Source of the DNA: a virus
Length of the DNA stretch: 64,000 bases
Strand: one strand, 5' to 3'
Virus record (IMG/VR): IMGVR_UViG_3300033182_000709
Location: 2,698 to 66,697 of that record
Part shown: positions 1 to 10,593 of the stretch, one piece after another
Position numbering within the stretch: position 1 is the stretch's first letter
Layout: each line of letters starts with the position of its first letter
The notes under the pieces: model-generated
Seen by the model: the letters and a program-made list of their open reading frames with translations, nothing else
Database searches by the model: none
What the model was told of the DNA's origin: nothing
Position numbers and translations under genes: made by a program

Positions 1-539
1 ATCAAAGAGACAAGTCTCTTGGAGAAAGTACCATTAGAAGCATCTGCATCGTAGATCAAAATGTTACGATCTGCACCAGCAGAAAGAAGTGTGTGCCAAC
101 CGTCATCATTCATCTTCTTAACAAAAGACTTCTGAAGAACTTCGGTTGCACGACCAACAACATCCCAACGTGCATCTCTAGCATACTTCAAAAGGAAGTC
201 GATAGAAGCACCGATGTCATAAGTTGGAACCATGACATAATCACCTTCAACATGACGCTCAGGAATGCGACCATGATTAGGAATGGTGTAAGCAACAAAC
301 TCAGACTCAGTGCCGGGAGCGAGGAAATCCAAAGGAAATTCGCTAGTAGCACCGGGAGCAAGTTGAATTGCTTCAAAAATACCACCAAGGATGTCACCAT
401 CCATAACACCTTTTCTCAAAGGCAACTCAAGAGCCTTGGCAATTTCAGCCATAGCGGTCATAGACTCATTAGAATCATAAGAACCTGCTTTTGCAAGCAA
501 CTGATTCATTTCATCTGTATATTCAAAATACTTACTCAT
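1..539 (-). CDS. major capsid protein (5' part, truncated by window edge)
   Basis: Manual translation from ATG at 539: MSKYFEYTDEMNQLLAKAG...PLDFLAPGTESEFVAYTIPNHGRIPERHVEGDYVMVPTYDIGASIDFLLKYARDARWDVVGRA; open to the window edge; directly follows decoration, protease and portal genes. Confidence 0.8.
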   Translation of the reverse strand, partial: MSKYFEYTDEMNQLLAKAGSYDSNESMTAMAEIAKALELPLRKGVMDGDILGGIFEAIQLAPGATSEFPLDFLAPGTESEFVAYTIPNHGRIPERHVEGDYVMVPTYDIGASIDFLLKYARDARWDVVGRATEVLQKSFVKKMNDDGWHTLLSAGADRNILIYDADASNGTFSKRLVSL

Positions 540-562
540 AAAAACACTCCCTATCTATTTAA

Positions 563-1012
563 TTATACAATATCAACTGCAATTTTAACATAACCATCAG
601 CATCAGCGGTAGAAAGGAATCTACCAACTTGATCACTAGCAGTACCAGTAGTAAACTGACCATTAGCATCAAAGTATGCCTGACCTCCAACAGTAATGGT
701 GATACCAGCAGCAACTTGATCAGTAACAATTGTACCACGACGAAGCAAGAGAACCTTGCTACCAATTTGAACTTCGTCTTGCATATAATTTAAATGCTGA
801 CGGGTCAAATCAAGATTAACAACATCATTCAAAAGAACACCAGCAGGATCTTCATTAGTTGCAGTTGCAACTTGTACAGTAGCATTACTGTCATCCATTG
901 CTGCTCCAGAACCACCAGTATTGTGGGTAACAATAAGACCCCTCTCAGCAGTTTCATTCATGAAAAATGAAAGGTCTGTCAAATGTTCTTGTCTATCAGG
1001 TCTAAGTGCCAT
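563..1012 (-). CDS. head decoration / capsid cement protein
   Basis: 149 aa, Gly/Thr-rich beta-type sequence, positioned between scaffold and capsid genes. Confidence 0.65.
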   Translation of the reverse strand: MALRPDRQEHLTDLSFFMNETAERGLIVTHNTGGSGAAMDDSNATVQVATATNEDPAGVLLNDVVNLDLTRQHLNYMQDEVQIGSKVLLLRRGTIVTDQVAAGITITVGGQAYFDANGQFTTGTASDQVGRFLSTADADGYVKIAVDIV

Positions 1013-1041
1013 ATTACTATTCTCCTAAGTAAAGGAATAAA

Positions 1042-2613
1042 CTATTTCTTTAAAACTTTTTGATTAACCCAATCGGTAAGATTGGAACGTAATGAAGCGA
1101 CTGCTTCTTCTTCAACATCTTCAGATGCAACAGAAAGATTGACTTCTTCTTGAACCTCAGCAGTGTCAAGAACTTCTTCAGATGCTTCAGTAACTTCGGC
1201 TTCTACTTCTTCAGTAGCAGCTTCGGTCTCTTCAACTTCTTCGGCTTTAGCTTCGTCATCTTTCTTCTTCTTATCGTGATCTTCGCACATTGCCTCAGTA
1301 TCTTCTTCAGCCTTGACTTTTCCACCTTTCATGTACTTCTTCATTGCTGAAACAAATACATCAAATTGATCGTCAGAAAGACCAGCGAACTCTTCAACCT
1401 GAGCAGATGCTTCGGCTTCTTCAAGACCAGCTTCAACTAATGAAGCCATTCTCTTTTCTTTCTTTTCTTTATCTTTCATTTCACCCATCATTGCTTCAGC
1501 TTCGTTTAACTTTTCAGTCAACTCAGCAACAGTAGCTTCGAGAGAAGCAACCTTCTCTTCTGCTGCATTGGAAACTGCAACGAAAGACTCTTTTTCAGTC
1601 TCAACATTCTCCAAGCTTGCTTTAAGCTCTTCAATTTGAGCCTCATATTCTTTAACAGAAGCTTCTGACAACTTTTCAGTCAACTCTTTAACTTCTGCCT
1701 TAGAAGAGTCAAGAGCAACTTTCAAGTCAGCAACTTCTTTTTCTAAATAATCTGACATTTCACTCTCCTGTTTAGGTTCAGAGATAGGATTTTCAACAAC
1801 ATTATTTGATACACCTTTTTTGTTGAAACATAAACCATCTATACAAGACGCTTTACTAAATGGAAAATCTCTATCCGAATTAAAAATAATACTATCAGGA
1901 TTTGCTGGATTAGCAACAAAACCTTTTCCACTAAATGTAATGTTTCTTAATAACCTACCAACTTTGTGATCTTGGTAAACACCTTCACCACCATAAGCTC
2001 GTAAGTGTTGGGTTAAAAATGCAGTATTCTCACCTCTAGCAACTACATGGTATTCACCATTGGGTGATTCTACGGCATAATCAAATCCCTTGAAGATACA
2101 CTCCATTGAAACACATTTTTGACCAGACTGAATCTCTCTAATCAGTTGTTCAGATCTAGCCTTGTATTCTGGATCTTGCCACTGTCTATAAATAACAGAA
2201 GCAACTAATATATGATATACATCAGGTAAATCTTTATTTCCGATTTCACCATCTAGTAAATCAAAATTTTTATCAATAGGCCAGTTTCCAATAATGTTAC
2301 CAACGATAACTTTCTCATCATGCTCCAAGTTAGTTGGTTTATACATTGGGGTTTCTCTAGATGCCCATACTTCTTCTGGACTAAAAACATCATCATTCTT
2401 ATTCCATGAAGTACTTACAAGAATAGAGTAAACCTTAAAAACATCATCGTCATCCGCAGATGCTTTTGCCACAATATCTTTTATATCAGTACTAAATGTG
2501 TTACTAGAAGCAACATCATTATCTAACATAGTAGGCATAGTGTAAGCAATAGAAGCATTCGCTTTGATTTGTGTTTCTAAACCAGCATCTATTTCTGCTT
2601 GATAAATTTTCAT
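1042..2613 (-). CDS. prohead protease-like protein with acidic coiled-coil scaffolding C-terminus
   Basis: N-terminal PTNLEHD...SMEC...ITFSGKGFVANPANPDS motifs, long Glu/Ala-rich helical tail, located between portal and capsid genes. Confidence 0.7.
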   Translation of the reverse strand: MKIYQAEIDAGLETQIKANASIAYTMPTMLDNDVASSNTFSTDIKDIVAKASADDDDVFKVYSILVSTSWNKNDDVFSPEEVWASRETPMYKPTNLEHDEKVIVGNIIGNWPIDKNFDLLDGEIGNKDLPDVYHILVASVIYRQWQDPEYKARSEQLIREIQSGQKCVSMECIFKGFDYAVESPNGEYHVVARGENTAFLTQHLRAYGGEGVYQDHKVGRLLRNITFSGKGFVANPANPDSIIFNSDRDFPFSKASCIDGLCFNKKGVSNNVVENPISEPKQESEMSDYLEKEVADLKVALDSSKAEVKELTEKLSEASVKEYEAQIEELKASLENVETEKESFVAVSNAAEEKVASLEATVAELTEKLNEAEAMMGEMKDKEKKEKRMASLVEAGLEEAEASAQVEEFAGLSDDQFDVFVSAMKKYMKGGKVKAEEDTEAMCEDHDKKKKDDEAKAEEVEETEAATEEVEAEVTEASEEVLDTAEVQEEVNLSVASEDVEEEAVASLRSNLTDWVNQKVLKK

Positions 2614-2663
2614 ATTTACCTCATATAGTTATAGGTGTCTTACCTATCCTAAATTACACCATT

Positions 2664-4784
2664 TCATTTTGAAACATAAAAATCTGCATAAAAAGCGGCC
2701 CTTATGTTTCTAATTTCTTCAATACTCAATTTTCTATCTAAAGAAGAAGAGGTATCATCAATCCAATCTTTACACTGTCTACTATGACTTTGAGTAAATG
2801 CTTTAGTCATAGCTTGACCCATATTTTCCAATGTCAAATCCGCAAATGGTTGCAAATTCATCAATATGTTAAACTTGACCTCTTCTGCATTTTCAAACTC
2901 TTCAGCAGTAAGACTTCTCATACTTCCTTTAGTATATTGTTCTAGAATCCCCGGATTCATAAACTCTGCAATTTTGTATTGTGCATCTCTAGCCCATGTT
3001 TGTATAGATGCCTTTAATGCAGGTTTAAATGTTCTCTCTTGCCTTGGACCAGAATCAGTAGAGTTCTTTGGTCTACCTCTTTGACCAGTATCCGCATTCT
3101 CTTGTGGTCTACCCTGAACACCGCCTTGATTCTTTTGTCTTTGTTTGGCCTCTTTCTGTCTCATAGTTAAAACAGAATCTTCTCCCTTTTTCTTCTCATC
3201 TAACACAAGACCAACTTCACTTGGAGATGTAAGACCAGTTTGTAATGTAATCTTTTTCATTTGGAAATCTTGATCTGCCTGATGGAAAGGACTAACCTTC
3301 TCATCTTTTCTATTATTCTCATTAGTAGTTCTTCTAGTTTCCATATCAGGATTAGCCTTAATGTATCTCTGTAGATACTCATCACTAAGAATATTTCTAT
3401 CTGCCATACTCAAAAGAATATTCATAACAGAAGCAGGATCTTCCAAATTCATATAATCAAATTCAACAACAGCAGGATATCTGAAACCCATAGATTTCTG
3501 AACTACTTTAATTTGCTCTTCCCAGAAGTTAATAACAATACTTCTTACATAATTTAACCTCTCAGTTAAAGTTTTCAAAGAAATAAAGTTATTAGTAGTT
3601 CCACTAGCACCAAATGTCCCTGTTAATGTTGGAGGAATACCAAGTGCTGCATAGATAGCCATAAGAGTTGGACGATACTTTTCTTCTCCCAAGAAAGACT
3701 GAACATCAGTGCTTGTTTCGATTAATTCAATATCTGGACCCCAGATAATGTCCTTTGTGCCACCTTGAACATTAGCCCCAAGAATACTCTCCAAGGCACT
3801 AGAAGCTGCTTGCGTAGGAGCAAGCTTATGATCCAAACTGCCAAGTTTCCATACCCTAATTTTTGAGATAGCACCATCCAACGCTGCTTGATCAGCAAGT
3901 TTCAATTTCTCATACAACATCAAATCTCTAAAACAGGCATAAGTCATAGGATCTGCCCATGATTGCCAGTCATCTTTTTTATAGTAATAGACAAAAGTCT
4001 TATCTGGATCTAAAGGAATAGGTTTATTTTCACTAATAGCCCTTTTTAATTCTTTAGGAATCTCAGAAAGAATCTTCTGCATTTCAATGCTTGGATTATT
4101 AGTCATCTTACTCATGTGCATACCATAAGTAGGAGGCACCTTAATAGCATACTTAGTTTTATCTGTTAATGATGCTAAAGGTCCACCAATGACTTCTACC
4201 AACAATGGATCAAGGAAATTGTATTTCCAAGGTATTTCGTTTTTAGCGTACTGTATGTCCCCTCCTATGGGTTGCATATCGGGGGACGCTACAGCACGTT
4301 GCATCTCCAACCGCTTCTTAGCATTAATCTTAGCGGTCTTTGATTTTATTACGACATTTGCTTCTCTAAATAATAAGTTACATAATCTCTCAGAAACAGC
4401 CTGTCCATCAATCCTATTAAACCAATCTTTATAGAAATTCTCTACCCTTTTGTTTCTATGAGCTAACCTAACACCCTGACAAGCAAAATCACCCATCAAA
4501 TCAATAGAGTTACGAATTAACCCAATTCTTCTATAAGAATGCCTTGCATATCCAATAACTTCTTTAGGATTTGTTGGAACCCTAGAATCTGGACGAAACC
4601 AATCAAAGTCTTGTTGTCGTAAACCGGGACGACCACTTAAATCACCTGTAAGGTCAGAAAAGTCCCTACGATAAGAAGAATAACTTCCTTTAGAAACTTG
4701 ATTAGTGATAGCCTCGCCATAATCAGCAAAAGCTTGTTCCATATCTTTTTCAGATGCCCAACTACGATATGCTGGATCAGACAT
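2664..4784 (-). CDS. portal protein
   Basis: 706 aa directly downstream of TerL; IRNSIDLMGDF motif, helical composition, basic low-complexity tail. Confidence 0.75.
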   Translation of the reverse strand: MSDPAYRSWASEKDMEQAFADYGEAITNQVSKGSYSSYRRDFSDLTGDLSGRPGLRQQDFDWFRPDSRVPTNPKEVIGYARHSYRRIGLIRNSIDLMGDFACQGVRLAHRNKRVENFYKDWFNRIDGQAVSERLCNLLFREANVVIKSKTAKINAKKRLEMQRAVASPDMQPIGGDIQYAKNEIPWKYNFLDPLLVEVIGGPLASLTDKTKYAIKVPPTYGMHMSKMTNNPSIEMQKILSEIPKELKRAISENKPIPLDPDKTFVYYYKKDDWQSWADPMTYACFRDLMLYEKLKLADQAALDGAISKIRVWKLGSLDHKLAPTQAASSALESILGANVQGGTKDIIWGPDIELIETSTDVQSFLGEEKYRPTLMAIYAALGIPPTLTGTFGASGTTNNFISLKTLTERLNYVRSIVINFWEEQIKVVQKSMGFRYPAVVEFDYMNLEDPASVMNILLSMADRNILSDEYLQRYIKANPDMETRRTTNENNRKDEKVSPFHQADQDFQMKKITLQTGLTSPSEVGLVLDEKKKGEDSVLTMRQKEAKQRQKNQGGVQGRPQENADTGQRGRPKNSTDSGPRQERTFKPALKASIQTWARDAQYKIAEFMNPGILEQYTKGSMRSLTAEEFENAEEVKFNILMNLQPFADLTLENMGQAMTKAFTQSHSRQCKDWIDDTSSSLDRKLSIEEIRNIRAAFYADFYVSK

Positions 4785-4849
4785 TAAGTTTACTCCTTAG
4801 AAGAATAATGGGTATTGCAATACTATTTATTATATACACCAATACCTAT

Positions 4850-6928
4850 TTATTGTCCATTATTTTTATTGACCATGAAGCATGTGCTGGGAGTATAAGA
4901 ATTTGCCCACTCTGGGCCTACATACATGCGTCCATCACCTTTATCACCTCCACCTTGACCAATTAATCTACCAACATTTACATAAGTAGGAGCAGGAATA
5001 GCTCTTTGCATGGAACGTGCAATCATATTTGCAATAACTAATGCAGAATAACGGTCTTTTCTCATTCGACCTTTTTTACCTGTATCAAGTTTTATTTCTG
5101 GAGTATCAAACCTCTCTCTTCCATTAGCTGTAACACTCACAACCACTGTAGTAAGTTCAGTTTTAAGCTCTTCAATATCCATAACACAGTCTTCAAGAGT
5201 ATCATACAGCTTCAGTGCTGCTGAATCTCCATAAGTTTCTTTTAAACTCTTGAATTGCATTTTATCTTTTTCAGTCATAAGAGAAAGTGTTACAGTGTCA
5301 AATCTAGGAAATAATAATACCTTATCTTCAATATCTTTACGAAGACCATGATTTGCTTTACTAGTCCATTCAGCACTTGCAAAATTTATATATTCTAGAA
5401 TATGATCTCCAGCAATATCATCGGTGGGTTTTTTCTTATTATCTTCAATTATGGGTAGGATTTTTCTCTCTCCGGGTTGCAGCTTATCTTCATCTGCTAA
5501 ACCTTCTGCGATGGCAAAACCACCACCTTGGGAGTCAATACCAATCCTCGCACATGGGAAGACCCTCATAAGTTCACGAACCTTCCTAACGCAGAAACTA
5601 TAATAGTCACTAACATCGGTAAGTCCCATTCTCATTCGTGCTTGAAAATCTTTTTTGTTCGTAGTCCATGAATAAACAAGTCTGTGATGCTCTGGATGGA
5701 GTTCTATGATGATTAGAGCAAAGTTATCCTGTTCACTAGCAGGGTCAATCCCATAGACATACTGCCTATCCTGCTGCCCTCTGGTGGTAACATCAAAAAC
5801 AGAAGGACAATATGAAGGCCACTCAGGTTTCTCTACATTTTTATTGTGTGCAGTTGCTGCTTCAATCAGACTTCTTCTAAAGAAACCTTGAGAATCGGTC
5901 GTGAAGCACGCACCATATTCCATTTGATAGATACCATTATGCATAGTTGCTCTGGCTCTTGTAACCTGTTGATCATCCATAAAGCCCTCTGGAATGAGTT
6001 CATATGGTATTCTCACTACTGAGAATTGTTTCCAATCTAATCTTTTCATATAATCTGGAACTTCACCACCTTCATCAGAATCTGCCATTCTGCGGAAGTC
6101 CCCTTTATTTTTTATTGTAGAACAATATTTCTTCCAGTAGTCTGCGAATGGTTCAAAGTCATAACCACACGTTCCCGCTAGAATAGATTGGTTCTGTTGT
6201 CTATCTCTGTATTCATCTTCTTGATCTTCTGTCCATCTGCCTTCTGCTTGCATCTTTTTACGCTTCGCTGCTTTCTTTACATTATCTGTAGGTTTAGCAG
6301 ACACAGCAGCAAAACCAGCAACAACAGTCTCATAGATATCCACAGGAATAGAATTAAATTCGTCAGCAATAATTGTATGAGCACGAAGACCTCTAATCTT
6401 GCTTCCATCGCCAAGAGGCACTGCCATGGCCCAAGACTCATTAATCTTCATTTGGCACCTGTCAACGTCTCTACGAGGCCCAGAAGCATCAGAACAGATA
6501 CTTTGTAAGAGTGGAGCATTTCTCCAGATTGTATCCATATATTCAAATATAACTTTGGACTGCCTAAAGGCAGAACCTACAATAACTATTTTAGTTCCCG
6601 GCACTAATGCACAGCGTAAAATGCAGTAAACCGCTAGAAGGAATGATTTACCAAAACCACGACTGGCAATATACATAGGGAATGCCTTACCCCATAGTTC
6701 TCTTAATACAACAACCTGCTCTGGTAAGAGTTCTATATTTAATAGAGTTTTAGCGGTCCAGTAGAAATACTTAGGATCTTTCATGAGAGATAGAGCATAT
6801 AGATGTAAATTATCCCTTGCTTTCTGTGGTAATTCCTTGAAGGGATTTTTTAGACCCTTAACATCCTCAGAAGATAGGTTAAGGTATGCTAGGTCATCAC
6901 TATCTACATCATAGAACTTATTTGTCAT
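4850..6928 (-). CDS. terL: terminase large subunit
   Basis: Walker A-like ASRGFGKS, Walker B IIADEF, nuclease motifs YGIDPASEQD and KDRYSAL. Confidence 0.9.
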   Translation of the reverse strand: MTNKFYDVDSDDLAYLNLSSEDVKGLKNPFKELPQKARDNLHLYALSLMKDPKYFYWTAKTLLNIELLPEQVVVLRELWGKAFPMYIASRGFGKSFLLAVYCILRCALVPGTKIVIVGSAFRQSKVIFEYMDTIWRNAPLLQSICSDASGPRRDVDRCQMKINESWAMAVPLGDGSKIRGLRAHTIIADEFNSIPVDIYETVVAGFAAVSAKPTDNVKKAAKRKKMQAEGRWTEDQEDEYRDRQQNQSILAGTCGYDFEPFADYWKKYCSTIKNKGDFRRMADSDEGGEVPDYMKRLDWKQFSVVRIPYELIPEGFMDDQQVTRARATMHNGIYQMEYGACFTTDSQGFFRRSLIEAATAHNKNVEKPEWPSYCPSVFDVTTRGQQDRQYVYGIDPASEQDNFALIIIELHPEHHRLVYSWTTNKKDFQARMRMGLTDVSDYYSFCVRKVRELMRVFPCARIGIDSQGGGFAIAEGLADEDKLQPGERKILPIIEDNKKKPTDDIAGDHILEYINFASAEWTSKANHGLRKDIEDKVLLFPRFDTVTLSLMTEKDKMQFKSLKETYGDSAALKLYDTLEDCVMDIEELKTELTTVVVSVTANGRERFDTPEIKLDTGKKGRMRKDRYSALVIANMIARSMQRAIPAPTYVNVGRLIGQGGGDKGDGRMYVGPEWANSYTPSTCFMVNKNNGQ

Positions 6929-7412
6929 TATAATAATCCCATACTGATCTCATAATTCGGAATGCCATACGCTGTGCTCGTTCGCTATCTCCTGCTGCTA
7001 TGACATGAACACCTTTGTCTATTCTTAAAGTACTAAGCAAGGACATTATATAGTTTCCTTTAATCCGAATTTTACTTCTTATCTTTTTATCCTTTATCGG
7101 GTCTTTACTAAATATAACTCCATCAGGATATCTTTCTATATCTAACCATGTAAATTCTAATATAAGGAACTTATGTGGGAATGTTTCCATTCTGTCCATT
7201 TCTTTCCAAAATCTTTTCTCAGAGCAGTTACCAGCAAGTTCAGATACGGATTCTTTACGTTCTATACAAAGAAGATGTTCCATATCCTCTATGGTATAGT
7301 CACCTATATGAACTTTGGCCTTGGTGGTGCCTGAGCAGTATTGGTCCTCCTCAAACCACCAACCATGACCTTCTTTCTCTCTCGTATCTTTTATTATATG
7401 AAACTTACTCAT
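6918..7412 (-). CDS. ERCC4/XPF-type nuclease
   Basis: IKDTRE...GDYTI...CIERK motif typical of ERCC4 domains. Confidence 0.8.
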   Translation of the reverse strand: MSKFHIIKDTREKEGHGWWFEEDQYCSGTTKAKVHIGDYTIEDMEHLLCIERKESVSELAGNCSEKRFWKEMDRMETFPHKFLILEFTWLDIERYPDGVIFSKDPIKDKKIRSKIRIKGNYIMSLLSTLRIDKGVHVIAAGDSERAQRMAFRIMRSVWDYYNDK

Positions 7413-7749
7413 CTAAATACTCATCTATTTCTCTTGATATTTTTTCATACTGCTCAATCATGTCATCATAATCTTCAAAAGCATCTGGATCGGGAGCAGT
7501 AGGTTCATATGCAACATATCCAAAATCACCCCTTGCTCTCTTCATAAATAACTTACTAATTCTGTCATGCTCTTCATAAATCGTTTTGAGTTCTTTGAGG
7601 TCGCTTTCAACAGTATTCATTTTATTATATAGAAAAAAGAAACATACTAATATCACACCAGATGCAAGCAAGTTTCTCCAAATCCATCTCATTATGAGAA
7701 TAAACTTTTCCTCACCATCTTTTCCAATATCAGGCATCTTTATCTCCAT
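7405..7749 (-). CDS. hypothetical membrane protein
   Basis: One hydrophobic segment (LLASGVILVCFFFLY); overlaps both neighbours in operon fashion. Confidence 0.6.
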   Translation of the reverse strand: MEIKMPDIGKDGEEKFILIMRWIWRNLLASGVILVCFFFLYNKMNTVESDLKELKTIYEEHDRISKLFMKRARGDFGYVAYEPTAPDPDAFEDYDDMIEQYEKISREIDEYLDE

Positions 7750-8038
7750 ATTTTTTAATTTTATCTAGCATTTGCCATTCTAAAACTTTGATAAAGAATT
7801 GTTCAAAATCACGTTCTTTACCTTTGATTTCAGCATGACATTTTTTACACAAAGTAATACCATTTGACAAATCATATCTAAGACCGGGATAAGACCCCCA
7901 AGTCTTTATATGATGGACTTCTAACCGCCCTTTACATTCACATCCGGGCCATTGGCATTTGAAGTCATCTCTTTCTCTAACTTGTCTCCTCCAACTTTTG
8001 TAAGCTGGGTCGTTCCAATTGCGTTTTTCGTGCGGCAT
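7730..8038 (-). CDS. HNH endonuclease
   Basis: RDDFKCQ..C..LEVHHI...NGITLCKKCH motif. Confidence 0.85.
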   Translation of the reverse strand: MPHEKRNWNDPAYKSWRRQVRERDDFKCQWPGCECKGRLEVHHIKTWGSYPGLRYDLSNGITLCKKCHAEIKGKERDFEQFFIKVLEWQMLDKIKKYGDKDA

Positions 8039-9092
8039 CTATATCACTCCTTACCATACGTTGAACAAGTTCTTGGAAAGATACCTTGGGTCTCCAACCC
8101 AACTGTTGGCGTGCCTTTCCGGTATGCCCAAGCAACCAGTCAACCTCACAGGGTCTATAATATTCTGGATCAATAAACACATATGGTTCAAAGTCTGTAA
8201 TACCAATTTCATTAAAAGCCTCCATTAAAAATTCACGAACAGAATGAGTTTCAGAAGTTGCAATAACATAGTCCTCTGGTTCATCTTGTTGAAGCATTAA
8301 ATACATAGCATCAACATAGTCCTGTGCGTGTCCCCAATCTCTATGTGCATCTAAGTTACCTAACCTAAGTTTTGGGAATGATTCTTGAATTCCTGAAGCA
8401 AAAAGAATTTCACTATCATTAGGGTTGCTAAGATATTGATAATTAAGATTCATTTCTTCAAGCCAATTTTTAAATTCACCAACCCACTTAGTTATTTTAC
8501 GAGTTACGAATTGTTCACCCCGTCTTTCACTCTCATGATTGAACAAAATACCGCAGCAAGCAAATAAACCATAAGAATCACGGTAAATCCTTACCATCTC
8601 ATGAGCAGCAAGCTTTGCTACTGCATATGGGCTTTGAGGCACAAAAGCGGTTGTTTCTGTCTGGTATTTAGTATCCCCCATCTGCTCATAATTCTTCCCA
8701 AACATTTCTGAGGTTGATGCTTGATAGAATTTAGTACTAGGTGAGAGTAACCTAATGGCTTCTAGAAAATTAATTGGACCTTGTAAATTAACTTGTGATG
8801 TATATGAAGGTTGTTGAAATGATGTCATTACATGTGACTGGGCAGCAAGATTATATACTTCATGTGGCATATATTCAGCAATAAGATTGTTTACACACCC
8901 AGAGTCGGTAATGTCTGCCTCAACAAGTTTAAAATTATCGTTATTTAAAAGATGTTGAATACGTTCTAATCCTTTCTCGCTAGAACTCCTACGTCGTAAA
9001 CCTACAACAGTATATCCTTTATCTAGTAATAACTCAGATAAGTAAGACCCATCTTGACCAGTGGCTCCAGTAATAATAGCAACTTTATTCAT
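7977..9092 (-). CDS. gmd: GDP-mannose 4,6-dehydratase
   Basis: ITGATGQDGSYL, YNLAAQSHV, FYQASTSEMFG, PQSPYAVAK, LGNLDAHRDWGHA. Confidence 0.95.
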   Translation of the reverse strand: MNKVAIITGATGQDGSYLSELLLDKGYTVVGLRRRSSSEKGLERIQHLLNNDNFKLVEADITDSGCVNNLIAEYMPHEVYNLAAQSHVMTSFQQPSYTSQVNLQGPINFLEAIRLLSPSTKFYQASTSEMFGKNYEQMGDTKYQTETTAFVPQSPYAVAKLAAHEMVRIYRDSYGLFACCGILFNHESERRGEQFVTRKITKWVGEFKNWLEEMNLNYQYLSNPNDSEILFASGIQESFPKLRLGNLDAHRDWGHAQDYVDAMYLMLQQDEPEDYVIATSETHSVREFLMEAFNEIGITDFEPYVFIDPEYYRPCEVDWLLGHTGKARQQLGWRPKVSFQELVQRMVRSDIDAARKTQLERPSLQKLEETS

Positions 9093-9885
9093 CTTCTTCT
9101 TCCTTTATAGTATCAGAATTTAATACAGGTTGATCCAAATTTCCATCTTCGTAAGAGTGGTAATCTCCAAGTCTTTGGAAGGCTTTATCTGCTGCAATAG
9201 CCTGCACTTCCATCTCATATCCATCTTCTTCCATAAACTCAGGCAACTGCTTGAGCCACATAGAGAAATTAGTCTTCGCATCTTCAGCATTTCTTTTTCT
9301 TTGCTCTCTAGTACCTTTCAAGTCCTTCAATAGACGCTCCTTCTTTGTAAGGAGTTTATCGTGTTCGTTGATGTAGGCGGATTTAGATGCGATAGCGGCA
9401 CCAAGTTGAGTGTGGAAAGCGGCAAGTGCCTGTGTATCTTGGAAATCCTTGGGTTTTTCCATTTCCTCAGAAATGAGTCTTTCCAATTTTTCTATTCTTC
9501 GCATATTGTCTTGACGGTCCTCCATACCCCTATTAATAAGGACTTCTGTGCGAATTGTCTCCAGAATCTGCATTTCCTCAGTATGAGTTACATCTTCATT
9601 AAACTGCCGGAAGTAGTCAATCCACTGATGCTCGGCATAGATAAGTTCCGGGTCAGACATTTGTTTCTTTAATTCCCCGTAATAATATCTTGAACGCATT
9701 TCATTAAGAAGATGTGCAGAGTCGTCAAGATCTCTAGCTTTTAAATTTTGCTCATCTATATATCTGCGAACTGGCTCCTCGGTCCTATTTAAATTATCCG
9801 CAATCTCCTCAATAGATAAATCAAAGCAGTTCTCACGAATATATTTCATCTCTTCTAGCGATAGCTTACCCCTCTTCCGAGTCAA
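9085..9885 (-). CDS. putative terminase small subunit (N-terminal HTH, coiled coil)
   Basis: LSIEEIADNLNRT HTH-like start, helical body, upstream of terL; assignment is positional. Confidence 0.4.
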   Translation of the reverse strand: MTRKRGKLSLEEMKYIRENCFDLSIEEIADNLNRTEEPVRRYIDEQNLKARDLDDSAHLLNEMRSRYYYGELKKQMSDPELIYAEHQWIDYFRQFNEDVTHTEEMQILETIRTEVLINRGMEDRQDNMRRIEKLERLISEEMEKPKDFQDTQALAAFHTQLGAAIASKSAYINEHDKLLTKKERLLKDLKGTREQRKRNAEDAKTNFSMWLKQLPEFMEEDGYEMEVQAIAADKAFQRLGDYHSYEDGNLDQPVLNSDTIKEEEDE

Positions 9886-10441
9886 GATTATGCTCCTTTA
9901 AAATAAGTGTTATTTCAAGCAGGACTTGTTCCCTTTTCTGTTTATTCAATTTTAGACCATGAATGAATCTAATCCAGTACTCTCTGAGTTCTACTGGCAT
10001 ATTATAGTCAATTGTATCAAATAAGTGTTTCTTATCTAGTTGTGTTGTTATGTCGTTCTCATTGTAGTTAGTATCATTGTGTTCCACAGCAGTCATAAGT
10101 GACTTTCTCTTTTCTGTGCGTTTTTCCCAACGTGAATATAAATCACATTCTAAACGGTCCTTAAATTTGGTGCATTCATCGTTGCGTAGCAACGGACAAC
10201 GGTCACATGGCTTTTCTGGACGAAAATAGTTATCACGCTTAAAATTATACAATCTATTCCTTACATGCGTCCATAGAAAGTTTTCTAAAGGTCTTTTTCC
10301 ATCGTAATCCTTTAGACCTTCCAGTGCAACCTGCCATGCTTGCTGCTTCATATCTTCTATCTCATGATAACCAAACTTGAAAGTACTAGCAAATCTGTTG
10401 GCTATTTTATCTACAATAGCAATCAATTCTTCTTCTTGCAT
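9866..10441 (-). CDS. sigma-70 family (ECF-like) RNA polymerase sigma factor
   Basis: EIEDMKQQAWQVALEGLKDYDGKRPLENFLWTHVRNRL region-2-like motif; start taken at MQEEEL. Confidence 0.7.
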   Translation of the reverse strand: MQEEELIAIVDKIANRFASTFKFGYHEIEDMKQQAWQVALEGLKDYDGKRPLENFLWTHVRNRLYNFKRDNYFRPEKPCDRCPLLRNDECTKFKDRLECDLYSRWEKRTEKRKSLMTAVEHNDTNYNENDITTQLDKKHLFDTIDYNMPVELREYWIRFIHGLKLNKQKREQVLLEITLILKEHNLDSEEG

Positions 10442-10593
10442 CCACCACCGCCGCAACATCTTGTATTCTCGGATATTAAGTCAGATATGTTTGCACCAGA
10501 AGTAGGAATATTTAAATCTGCCTTAGCTTTTTCATATTCTACATCTTTTGCAACATAGTCGCAACTAGAAACTACTTTATTGTCATTACTCAT
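10423..10593 (-). CDS. small hypothetical protein (56 aa, C-terminal CCGGGGCKKKN)
   Basis: Manual translation with GGAG RBS; overlaps the sigma gene start. Confidence 0.5.
   Translation of the reverse strand: MSNDNKVVSSCDYVAKDVEYEKAKADLNIPTSGANISDLISENTRCCGGGGCKKKN

Noticed and set aside
93-593. 166-aa plus-strand ORF
   Set aside because: Antisense shadow of the major capsid gene; the many similar antisense ORFs over portal, terL, gmd, guaC and DUF1501 were dropped for the same reason.
4850-6928. Intein or intron in terL
   Set aside because: The ORF is continuous, with ATPase and nuclease motifs in order and no intein terminal signatures.
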